A stretch of DNA of 64,000 nt from Setoptus koraiensis (lineage: Eukaryota; Animalia; Arthropoda). Shown piece by piece: positions 35,110 through 45,645 of this stretch. The notes under the pieces are model-generated. The model saw nothing but the letters and a program-made list of their open reading frames with translations. It was not told the DNA's origin and did not search any database. Where the stretch lies: positions 22,568,001 through 22,632,000 of the forward strand of contig CM106585.1 in assembly GCA_048013815.1 (NCBI GenBank), given 5' to 3'. Position 1 is the first letter of the stretch. Every line of letters starts with the position of its first letter. Position numbers and translations under genes: made by a program.

Positions 35110-35859
35110 TCAGTCTTTTGGCTGCATCTTTTCTATCACTTTGACCAAATCTGACCTAAACTTGTTGTCAGCCATATTTTGAAGCACATCAAGTGAACTC
35201 TCTAAATGGAACAGAATTGATCGTCTATAATGGCTAACGTCTAGATTCTCAATAATACGCCTCTCGTCATCATTTATCTTATCACTGTAAAAAAGATCCA
35301 GTAATCTCTGAGCGGAGCCTATGTGAAGTCCTAATCGGCCCGTAGCTTCCAATAAGTCTACATTGTTATGACCTGCAAGTAGAGCGGCCGAAATAGATGC
35401 TTTTGAGAGTAAAGAACCGCAAGTAAGCTCCGCATATGTTTCTACCATATTTTGCTGAAGCATTTTAAATTTATAAAACTCTCCGCGAGTGTAATTTTCT
35501 AAGGCCTTTGCTATGAGACCGACAGTTTTGGGTAATCTCAATTCGGCCATATCCAAAGATGATTGAGACAGAAGATAGTCTCCTAGAAGCAATGACATAA
35601 CGTTGTCCTGGTGTTGATTGTCATCCTCACCCTCCTTTTCACAGACGCATCTGTGAAAAGCGTGTGCAACATTGATCATATCTGCTACTTCGGACAATTT
35701 GCGTTGTTTCTCCAATATTCTTTCGGTTTTATCTTGAAATAACGGGTGAATACCAATCATTGCAGAAGTGGCCATGACTATGGGTCCAAGAGTTTTATTA
35801 TGATTGGCAACATAGCGCTTGAGTTCAGACATGAACGGATGTGTTACTCTTCTAATCAT
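35110..35859 (-). CDS. PDSS2: Trans-prenyl diphosphate synthase subunit 2-like (PDSS2/DLP1); short upstream exon(s) possible
   Basis: LSEVADMINVAHAFHR and LLLGDYLLSQS...IAKALENYTRGEF form a polyprenyl-synthase fold lacking DDxxD, as in PDSS2. An acceptor-like CACATAG lies just upstream, and a presequence-like MKRLFSRAY ORF lies near 36098. Confidence 0.7.
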   Translation of the reverse strand: MIRRVTHPFMSELKRYVANHNKTLGPIVMATSAMIGIHPLFQDKTERILEKQRKLSEVADMINVAHAFHRCVCEKEGEDDNQHQDNVMSLLLGDYLLSQSSLDMAELRLPKTVGLIAKALENYTRGEFYKFKMLQQNMVETYAELTCGSLLSKASISAALLAGHNNVDLLEATGRLGLHIGSAQRLLDLFYSDKINDDERRIIENLDVSHYRRSILFHLESSLDVLQNMADNKFRSDLVKVIEKMQPKD

Positions 35860-36205
35860 GATGATGCAAATCTATGTGCAAAATATGTCCAATGTGAAAT
35901 GAGGAGACAATTTTAAGTGTATTAATATTAAATGTAATTTTTGAATGAAAAATGACCATGAGTAGAAAATGAGGTGTCACATAAACATTGATACAGTCTC
36001 GAATGAGCCTATAACAAAATATGTGCCCATTCGTAGCGCATACGATGATTGCTAAAACGAGCAGGCAAGATGTATGCACGTGAAAATAAGCGTTTCATGC
36101 TATAAACTGCGTTGTTATTATCATTATATTTCATGGGTAACACCTTTCTTAGATTTAAAGCATAATCACAATCTATATATACAATAATATTTTGTTGCCA
36201 TTAAT

Positions 36206-37300
36206 ATGTCACGACCAAGATGTCCACCTGTTATCGAATTTGGAATTTATGAAATAGAGACGTGGTATTCATCACCATATCCACAAGAATACGCCAAACT
36301 TGATAAATTATATATCTGTGAATTTTGCCTAACATATATGACCAGTAAGCCTACCTTAACCCGCCATTATAAGAAATGTAGATTGTCAAAACCTCCGGCC
36401 ACTGAAATATATCGATCGGCACATACTTTGCTTGATGGAACAACAACTGAGCTTAGTGTCTATGAGGTGGATGGAAGTACCTCAAAGCTTTACTGCCAAA
36501 ATTTATGCCTATTAGCTAAATTATTTTTGGACCATAAAACACTTTACTATGATGTAGACCCATTTCTATTCTACGTTTTAACTCAAAATTACAAACAACA
36601 GTCTCATTTTATAGGTTATTTCAGTAAGGAAAAACATTGTATACAAAAGAATAATGTTAGTTGCATTATGACATTGCCCGCCTATCAAAAACAAGGCTAT
36701 GGCAGATTTCTGATAGAATTTAGTTATCTTCTATCAAAACGAGAACAATGCCTCGGAACACCTGAGAAACCCTTGAGTGATTTAGGAAGGATTAGTTATA
36801 ATAACTATTGGAAATATGCTATATTAGATGTCATTAGAAATTGTTCGGATATTTCCATAGAGGAGATTTCACAAATGACATGCATCAAACCAGAGGATGT
36901 CATCAATGCCCTTAGAGAAAATAACATGTTAAAATATAAGAAGGATAAACGTATGCTGTGCATAGAGGTTTCCGAGGAAGATATTCTCAAATTAAACAAA
37001 CCCCGCCTAAGTGTTAATCCAGAATGTCTTAGATGGTGCCCATACATATCACCCATGGCAGCACCATCCAGTTACAGAGTTAGACGCTCCGATGGCCAAG
37101 AGGAGGAAGACGAAGAAGAAGAAGAGGTGCCCGATACGGAGTTCAATGATGTAGAGAAAGAAATCAAAACTCCTCTATCCGACTCTCCCACTGTGGTTGA
37201 TGATAATGATAACATCGCCAATCTAGACGATGCGAATTCGTCTGACACTTCTGTATCAACCGAACTTGACCATTTGGCCACACCAGAACCAAGCCCTTAA
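36206..37300 (+). CDS. MYST histone acetyltransferase, KAT6/enok-like catalytic domain only, 364 aa, intronless
   Basis: [26 protein letters not shown]2HC finger (CEFCLTY...HYKKC), [54 protein letters not shown] and a short acidic tail. Confidence 0.9.
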   Translation: MSRPRCPPVIEFGIYEIETWYSSPYPQEYAKLDKLYICEFCLTYMTSKPTLTRHYKKCRLSKPPATEIYRSAHTLLDGTTTELSVYEVDGSTSKLYCQNLCLLAKLFLDHKTLYYDVDPFLFYVLTQNYKQQSHFIGYFSKEKHCIQKNNVSCIMTLPAYQKQGYGRFLIEFSYLLSKREQCLGTPEKPLSDLGRISYNNYWKYAILDVIRNCSDISIEEISQMTCIKPEDVINALRENNMLKYKKDKRMLCIEVSEEDILKLNKPRLSVNPECLRWCPYISPMAAPSSYRVRRSDGQEEEDEEEEEVPDTEFNDVEKEIKTPLSDSPTVVDDNDNIANLDDANSSDTSVSTELDHLATPEPSP

Positions 37301-37332
37301 TATTTTAAGAGTTTTTTAAATGTTTATTTCCA

Positions 37333-37701
37333 TTATACCTCATTCAATAATTCCCTGAAGCATGTATTTATCATTCTAATGTTGTCACGATTGTCTATTA
37401 TAGGAGATCTAAGACTGATGCTGAACATGAATTCATTAGGTCCATCTCTATTAATGCATTCATGGACTGTTTGACTCAAGAATCTTGTCGTGGTACAGGC
37501 TACATCGTCTTCCAGACCAAACAATAACGCTGATTTGTATACATTTTCTTTGGTAATAATGGATCTTATCCAGATAGGTCCAAGACATTCATTATCCGTG
37601 ATCACTATCAGACTGATACTTGGCATTATCATTACGTTAACTACATGTCCACTACCGAATGTTATACTCTTACTAACGTAGAAAGGGTTTGAGTCGGACA
37701 T
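37333..37701 (-). CDS. PSMG3: Proteasome assembly chaperone 3-like (PAC3), 122 aa
   Basis: Size and pattern (LIVITDNECLGPI, LLFGLEDD, FMFSISLR) resemble PSMG3, though divergent. Confidence 0.55.
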   Translation of the reverse strand: MSDSNPFYVSKSITFGSGHVVNVMIMPSISLIVITDNECLGPIWIRSIITKENVYKSALLFGLEDDVACTTTRFLSQTVHECINRDGPNEFMFSISLRSPIIDNRDNIRMINTCFRELLNEV

Positions 37702-38107
37702 TTCACTAGTTGATTGTGTACAGTTATTTATTTGGGTATCAATTGAGGTGAAATAATTGTAGACAAAATCAAATACTGTTGTATTAGTATATTGTTCGGT
37801 AGAAAACTATTAATATCAAAATGAAAATACAAAAAGCAGAAAGTGCCAATCTATGCTGCTTGTTTAAAAGTAAGGGCCAGAAAACTCAAAATGAACTCAC
37901 AAGACAGCTGATGTCGAATCATGAACACGAACAATCTTCCTGTAATGGAACTGGTAAACGACAAAGCGCATGCCCGACTTCTCATCAAACTTGACGGGCA
38001 ATCGATCTGTAAAGTTGATTTGCACCTAATACTAACTGTAGAAAATTACACTCGAATATGGAGAAAAAGGTTGTTAAAAAGGGGGTTTATTTCACAAAAT
38101 GGTTGAG

Positions 38108-40720
38108 TCAGCTCAAAGTTTTAGGCGAGCCTCCATCTATTATCCTAACCACTTCTTGTTTGACTAATCTTATCACTTCAAAAGCTTGTGGTATGTTTAA
38201 GTGATCGGATGCCACAATTTCAGGCATCGCTGGTGGCTGCTTGTCTTTATTGGAATGGCCATAACGGAATATAATTGATTCTGGTTGTCGACGTTTGCTG
38301 GTTATCTGTACAATCATTTCAAGGGGCCTTTTGACAACAATACGGGCGAAACCCTTATTGTGTGGTATCTCTCTTAATATCCAAAGATGCGTTCTAGAGA
38401 GGGCAATGTATCCCGGATATTGTGCGTTACCTTTTATTTGAGAACATTTGAACGATGCAATAATGTCATCTTGCTTGCACCAAGTATCTATTTGTATCTC
38501 TTGACTTGTATCTGATGTGATCTCAAAGTTGTCATTTGAATTGTCTTCATCAATAGAATATCTCGATGAGTTTCCCGTGTAACGTTTCCCGAGTTTATCG
38601 TTTGAACTAACGTGACGTGCAGTTGAGCTGGAAGTAAATCCTGGAGGTTGTATCAGAGACTCGACAAATTTGTCCCTGATTATACTAGATTTACTTGCAA
38701 ACGCAGAAGTGAATTTGTCTAATATAGATCCCGATTGATTGAGCGAGCCTGAGCCGCTCAAAGAAGCTGTAAGTGACGATAAATTAGTATTTTTATCATA
38801 ATTTTTTAAGAAACCTGTTGTAGTGGCCAATAGAGACTGGGCAGAACTAAAACTCTTATTTCCTGGGCCTCGGGAGTTATTGTTGTAGCCCTGGGCTGCG
38901 TGACAAGCTAAACAGTGATTTGGATTGTGATCAATTATGTAACGATCAAAATTGCTGCTCAATTCCTGTTTTGAATTGACAAAGTCGTGTATGGCATCAA
39001 ATCCGCCAATGACAATGCTAACATACTTTTGATGTTTTTGTAGGAATGACGCAACAACCATATTAACATATCTATCTTCCTCTTCCCGACCACTGCCGAT
39101 AAAACAGAGATGCTGACCTCCTGCCTGAGAACCAGAGGCTATAATCTGTCGCTGAATATCCAATAAAGCTTGCACAGCTGTAGAAAATGCTGATGGTTCG
39201 CGCAACATCAAACTACAGTCTAAGTGAAAAGCTCTTGTTAGGTGTCCCGCATTGTACTGTTCGGCTGGACGACAATCAACTAGAAAATATTTTAGGATAG
39301 CTACTTTGGTTTGTTGAGGATTGTGATAGTGTGAATCACCTTGCGGCTGATTGTTTAAATCAGTTGTATTTAAGGGAATAATGATCTCTGCTGGGACAAT
39401 CGGAAGGCATAAGTACTGAGACAAATCTAGTTTTTGGGTGAGCTGATTTGTTTTCACATCAATAAGTGTGTGCTGACCATCTGGATCCGCCCCTAAATAG
39501 GTGTTTGAGAAAGTATCCATAAAGAATATATGACTATAGGCCCGTATGGACCGTGGAGTGAAGTTAGCATAGTGGCTGGATACTAAATAATACAGATCAT
39601 CGATGTCATCCTCTTGCAATCCTTTTGGAACCCTTTCTAATATATCGATCATGTCTGCACGGCTTGGATTTTGATTTCTCAGTTCTTCTCTTGCGTTAAC
39701 TACCATGACTATTGCCGCGAAAAATATAAGAAATGGATCAGCCATCTTGAAATGTGTGTCCCAGATTATCAAAGTGATGGCAGTGGAGCAACACCTTCCG
39801 AATAGAGAACATAACCAATCTTTGGCGTAAAGATCAGGCGTCACTTTTTTCGAATCAAGTATAGAGCACAATTCTGGATCGTGATATAGTAAGAGCAGTC
39901 TCAATAAATGATATGCCTGTGTAGATTTGCCAATATTTGAATCCGACGCTTCTGATTTTGTATTTGACTGTTGTTCCTCCTTATACTCTTTACACTGCCG
40001 AGAGTCGTCATCGCTGATGACTAAACTTTTCGGTATATACCTGTCAACAATCCTCAAAAACATTTGGTATAATTGCACATCGCTCAAGTCAAGATAATAT
40101 AGCACCCTTAAAATATCTATCCAGCCATTGTCTTGCAAATACTGTAACTCTGGCCTGGCTTTGATGTATGTTGTCAAAGTAGACTCTAGATCGCTTAATA
40201 AGGCCATCTGTTTGACGTCTGCTATTTGAAATTGACTACTAAGCTCAGCAACTAGCTTCTCACAATCTTGTCTGATTAAAGATTGATTGGGAAGGTTGAA
40301 TTCCTTAGTGAGGCTTACTTTACTAGAAGATGTGATGGCCAACAAAGCCTTCCAAAAGTCTGGTCTCAATGAGCTAGGCAATCTTTTACCTTGGCTGATT
40401 TTTTTCAAGGTAGCTGCATCACAATCCGCCAGCAGAGCGCACTCCAACTCATCGATCCTATAGAAATGAAAATCAGAAAAAAAGAAAAACATTAGCCTTC
40501 TATATCCGGAAAATAACTTCTCTCTACTGTCAATGACAAACGACACCTACCAGCTGCTGTCGGTAAAACCATTTTTGTCATCTGGGTCGCCATTCTCTTT
40601 CCTATCTGTTGGTTCCTCTTTTTCCTTATCCTCATCCAATGAACATTTATCAGGGTCGTCCAATGTTGTTGCAGGTTCATCCACAGACCGACAATTGTCC
40701 CCATCAACTGATGAATCCAT
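38108..40720 (-). CDS. TBC1D23: TBC1 domain family member 23, join(40720..40551,40457..38108), 839 aa
   Basis: TBC domain (LRLLLLYHDPELCSILD...WLCSLF), rhodanese domain (FLVDCRPAEQYNAGHL..AFHLD, HLCFIGSGREEEDRYVNMVVA) and a C-terminal PH-like domain. Splice TG|GTAGGT...TTCTATAG|G. Confidence 0.92.
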
Positions 40721-41325
40721 TTCCCATTTAAGAACTCTTTATGCTTTTTGCCTACCACTATAACAAAGTTTCAATAGGATGTGGTGAGTTTCGCCTGGTC
40801 GCAATAAATATGTTGTTGTTTACTGTTTATAAACGCACAGTCTATATCCTTAAATATGATTGATTGTTTGCCAAGGTACGAGTAGCGAATTGTGAATAAA
40901 TGATTGTATCCTTTGCTCAGTCCATACCAATGGGTAATCAAGGCGATTATGTAATTATTTTCGGAAGTATATCAATCATTTTGTAAACGGATTTATATAT
41001 TTATGGGTTACGCGTCACCAATTGGACTGTGTGTAATATTGGCAAATAGATTTTGTGAACATATGTGCCTATGCTTGAACAAAAGTAATGTTGTGCACTG
41101 ACATAGTGCTATAAAGAGAAAGTGAAACACTTCATACATTTGGCTGCAACGAAAGTCAACTGCAGTTTTTTCAAATCTTTATTTCGCGTCATCTCATTTA
41201 TTTATTTATTACTATTGTTAATCTTTGTTTATTGTTCTCAGAGCTCTATTTATAGAGAGCTCAATTATTTCCTTAGGTTAAATGTACAATTGACACAGCA
41301 GGACAGTAACTACAGCAATTATAAA

Positions 41326-43319
41326 ATGGATTCAACTAATAAGGAACAAACCAATTCTTCGGCGGTCATCCAATCAGTACTTACTAATTCAGAAGAAATG
41401 GATCAAGAAAAACGTAAAAAACTAGAGGAAACGATCAAACTTGAGATCACGAAAACTGAAGAAGAAATTAAATGTCTCAAGCAAGAACAAGCGATCAAAC
41501 AACATCATCTTCAAGGATTGAAAAGAAAGTTGGGCACTGAAGTTCAGCAGGACCTACGTAATGCCAATAGTTTTGTCGGACCTCTTCTCACTGACAGATA
41601 TCAAATCACCATGAGTTATGTCTATTGGCTTAAAAAGAGGCATAAAGACCAAGCAGTATTCGATCTGTTCTTTAGAAAAAATCCTTTTGAGGGCGAATAC
41701 ACAGTGTTTGGCGGCATAGAAGAATGCCTAAAATATGTAGAGAATTTTAAATTCTCACTCAGTGACATTGAATATTTACAAAGGACTATGTCAAAAGAAA
41801 TGAACCAAGAATTCTATAAATATCTACTTGATCTAGATACCAGTGAAGTAGAAATATATGGTCTAAGGGAGGGCAGCGTTTGCTTCCCTAATACTCCTAT
41901 ACTACGAGTGGAAGGACCATTAGGGGTGGTACAGTTGCTCGAGACAACTTTACTTAATCTTATTAATTTTCCAAGTTTAATAGCTACAAATGCTGCGAGA
42001 CATAGACATGCAGCCCACTCCTCAAGTAGGGCCCTACCAGTTCGTTTATTAGAATTCGGTTTACGCAGAGCGCAAGGTCCCGACGGAGGAATATCTGCCT
42101 CCCGATATTCATATATGGGCGGTTTCGATGGGACCAGTAATCTGATGGCAGGCAAAATATTTGGAATACCAACTTATGGAACATATGCACATTCCATCAT
42201 TCAAGCCTATCAAAATATAGATCTTGATAACAGCAAGCACGAATACTTGTTCAACATGAGAACACAAGTTACAGAAGACTTTACATCTGCCTGTTTGAAT
42301 GTTGAGGATGAATTGCGAAATTCTGATATGGAAATTTTCAATAGTAATAATCGAGAAAGAACCAACCACAAATCAGAACTGTTAGCATTTATAGCTTGTG
42401 CTTCCGCTCTCCCGGCGAACTTCTTAGCATTAGTAGACACTTATGACGTAATCAAAAGTGGACTGATCAATTTTTCAATAGTTGCTCTGGCACTAATACG
42501 ATTTGGCTATAAACCCAAAGGAATTCGTATAGATTCAGGAGATCTAGCCTATCTCTCCAAAGAGGCGCAACAAATGTTTGAAAAGATTTCACTGAGATAC
42601 AAGTTACCCGAGTTTATGGATCTTGACATTGTGGCCTCAAATGACATAAACGAAGAAACAATTTACTCTCTAAATGATCAACTCCATAGAATAACTTGTT
42701 TTGGTATAGGAACTCACCTAGTCACATGTCATGATCAACCTGCGCTTGGCTGTGTATACAAGCTGGACGAAATTAACGGACAACCATGCATGAAATTGAG
42801 TTCGGGATCTTCAAAACTATCAATACCATTCAAAAAAAACTTATACAGATTATACAACCAAGAAGGTTTTGCTATGCTTGATATAATACAGACAAGTGAC
42901 GAGCGGCCACCCGAACCTGGACAAAGAATCTTCTGCCGTCATCCTTTCATAGCAGAAAAGCGAACCTATGCTAAACCGACGAGAGTTGAATCTCTACTCC
43001 AACTTTGGTTCAAAAACGGTAAAATAGTTCAAACTCTGCCCTCTCTAGAAGAATCTAGAGCCTATGCCGAGAGATCATTAAAGTTGTTGCGGCCTGATAT
43101 CAAGAGACGTTTGAATCCCACCCCATATAAAGGTAAGGTGATCCGCAATAATCTAATAGTCAATCGAATTTCTTTTGGAGCAATATATACTATAATTAAT
43201 CATTTAACTGTCTTCTCCACGCATACCTCTACTAATATACAGTGTCATTATCGGAGAATCTCTATGAACTATTCGGCAAACTCCGCCTGGATTTGGCACC
43301 ACCTGGAGAATTGATCTAG
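41326..43319 (+). CDS. NAPRT: Nicotinate phosphoribosyltransferase, join(41326..43132,43243..43319), 627 aa, with N-terminal coiled-coil extension
   Basis: LLTDRYQITM, LFFRKNPF, EFGLRRAQGPDGG, GTYAHS, LVDTYDVIKSG, GIRIDSGDLAYLS, ASNDINE, FGIGTHLVTC, ALGCVYKL. The splice AAAG|GTAAGG...ATACAG|TG restores the expected end YKVSLSENLY...APPGELI. Confidence 0.93.
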
Positions 43320-43478
43320 CTGCTTTAGAATAGATCTCAATCGATCATCTATAAAAACAGATAGATAGATAATGATTTCGAATCGGTTAGAATGTAGGTT
43401 AAGTTTGATAAATTTATTAATATACCGTTGAGATGATAAACTCTGTTTGTTTGTTATCTGTTCGCTACGTCTAGGTGT

Positions 43479-43757
43479 CTAAATGGTGGTTTGAGGTTCT
43501 GGTTCTTTCTCTATAGATTCCACCAACAATCTTCGGAACTGTAGTTCTCTCTCAAAACTTTCTTTTGCAGCATCCTGAACTAATCTCCTTTTCAGTGTCT
43601 TATAGAAGCTTATCTCACCAACTCGAAATTCATTCATAAATATCTCCAGAGCGGCGCCTCCCATAAACACAATTGGAACATAGGCATAGAAACCGTACCT
43701 CTGTTGACCGGGCAGTTTGTCTAGTAACCAATTGAGTGATTGCCTAAATTTGTTCAT
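43479..43757 (-). CDS. SMIM4: Small integral membrane protein 4 / UQCC5-like mitochondrial protein, 92 aa
   Basis: LLDKLPGQQRYGFYAYVPIVFMGGAALEIFMNEFRVGEISFYKTLKRR matches the recalled SMIM4 pattern. ATG at 43757. Confidence 0.8.
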   Translation of the reverse strand: MNKFRQSLNWLLDKLPGQQRYGFYAYVPIVFMGGAALEIFMNEFRVGEISFYKTLKRRLVQDAAKESFERELQFRRLLVESIEKEPEPQTTI

Positions 43758-44589
43758 TTTATCATAAATTAATATTGCAATAACTGTCGTATTTACAGCA
43801 CACAATTACTCTTCAACAATACCGAGTAACTAAAGTAATTTTACAATAAACGCCAAGGTTGTTTACATGAAACAAATAAACAAACAAATGTTAGGTTGCA
43901 TAAGGCGCACATGTGTTTTCAAGAGGGCATGTTTCTTGAGGTATCAGCAGGGGTAGTTTTGGCATTGTCAGGCCGCACACGCCTACTAACACCGCGTACA
44001 CACACGGAGTCGATCGCCCATTGAGCGCCTCAACGCAGTGTCAAATAACTGCTACGCCTACGGTACGACGATTGCGGTCTGTTGCGGCTTGGGTAGGGTA
44101 TTCTATATGTTGCTTATACAAAACGTAAAATTTCTGCCGAAATACATATTTTTCTGTTTGCCTATCGAAATCCATTCTGTCTCTTTATTGTGATATCACG
44201 GATACAACTTGTTGTCATCCTGGTTTGACGAATTCCAACTGATTTAGACAAAAGGTTGCTTGATTCATCAAAACAGTGTTAGGTTACTAGGCGAACTTTG
44301 ACCATTTAAAAATTGATACAAATCCACTTGGCTCAATATATCCTCTTTCATTGATGTTACATTCATGAGAAAAGAACCCAACGGACTATACTAACCAGCT
44401 CGCGTATTATACATAATCACTCACCGGCTCCTCTTGCATGACCAACCACCGCCATCAATTGATTCATAATTAGACATCATATAACCACTGCCAAGTCGTT
44501 TTATTGAAAATTACAAGCAAGCACAATAATAGCAAATAATAGCTATCGAGCAAAGTAGACCTATTGAGATTGGATAGAATAGTCAGACA

Positions 44590-45645
44590 ATGTGTCTGCC
44601 ATTCTGTTTCAATCCTTTTAAATTTCTATTCGGCATCTTGCCGTTGTTGTATCTGATAAGTTGGCCAATTGTTATACAGCTCTTTGGTGCAGATCTACTG
44701 AGATGCCACTCATTAATATTCGTCATATACACTCTGTCCAGCGATATTTGTCAGAATCTTATGTTAAAAACAGTAAGTTTTTCATCTCTCATCAACTCTA
44801 GATTTAATTCCATCAATGTAGCTTACTCAACAATAACATCCATCCATCATCTTACAATTTATCACTTATTTCCCTCAATCTATCAGGTTGGCTTTGACAT
44901 TCTATCGAAACCGGTAGCAATGGCCCTATTGGCCAGTCTATTCTCAAAGGAGGGCAGGTCTTACTTAGATTACATACAGCCCTTGTACAATTCACTACTA
45001 TCAATGGCACAGCCTATTTTTCTTGCTATAGAAGTTGTGACATTTGTTGGTATAGTTTATAAACTTGGAGCCTGGACTGATAAACGATTTAGTATATTTA
45101 AACATATTAGAGGATCAATTTATATTAAGATACTCAATGCCATAATAGCAATGCTATGTTTTATAGCCACCTACCTAGTAATCAATGAGGCCTTGCGTTT
45201 AGTTGAGCCTTTAAGAACTCTGGTGTATTTCAATCAAGCGCTAGAGCTCACCGTACTGCTTCAAGTCATATTTATTGTGGCCACAATATTCTCTGGTAAA
45301 GGTATGCCCGAACTACTGTCTGGTTGCGACACCCACATTTCAACATGTTTTACTTCAGCTGGCCAATAGCAATTTTATGATAAAATAGAATATCGGATAT
45401 TCATACAAAATTTATATCCAACCAATTTTTCTCTTTGCCCCCAGGTGTTTTAAAGCATTCAGCTCTTATGGCATTGATGGCCTGCGTACCCATATATCTC
45501 GAGGCTTGGTCATACAACTATCAGTATAGAAAACAAATGGAGGAAACATCCTTGTTCAATCGGTGAGTAAGAAATATATGCTACTTTATTGTCGATACAT
45601 TATAAATTGCATTTGATTTTTTGTTTCAGCTATCTAAATTTTTGA
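44590..45645 (+). CDS. Multi-pass membrane protein, possibly ICE2/SERINC-superfamily; join(44590..45301,45445..45562,45630..45645)
   Basis: Several TM segments. LLSMAQPIFLAIE and FSGKG|VLKHSALMAL resemble recalled fungal Ice2 motifs. GT-AG splices keep frame. The last exon is uncertain. Confidence 0.55.

Noticed and set aside
41122-41325. Hydrophobic N-terminal 68 aa of the 730-aa NAPRT ORF as a transmembrane anchor
   Set aside because: It starts at GTG and is T-rich UTR/promoter-like sequence. The first ATG is at 41326.
13460-42440. Antisense ORFs nested within the recognised genes (e.g. 13460..13672, 14547..14810, 31628..31879, 41814..42155)
   Set aside because: These are shadow frames of genuine coding sequence with no independent motifs.
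43133-43314. Unspliced C-terminal tail of the NAPRT ORF
   Set aside because: It is read-through of a GT-AG intron. Splicing restores the conserved NAPRT C-terminus.
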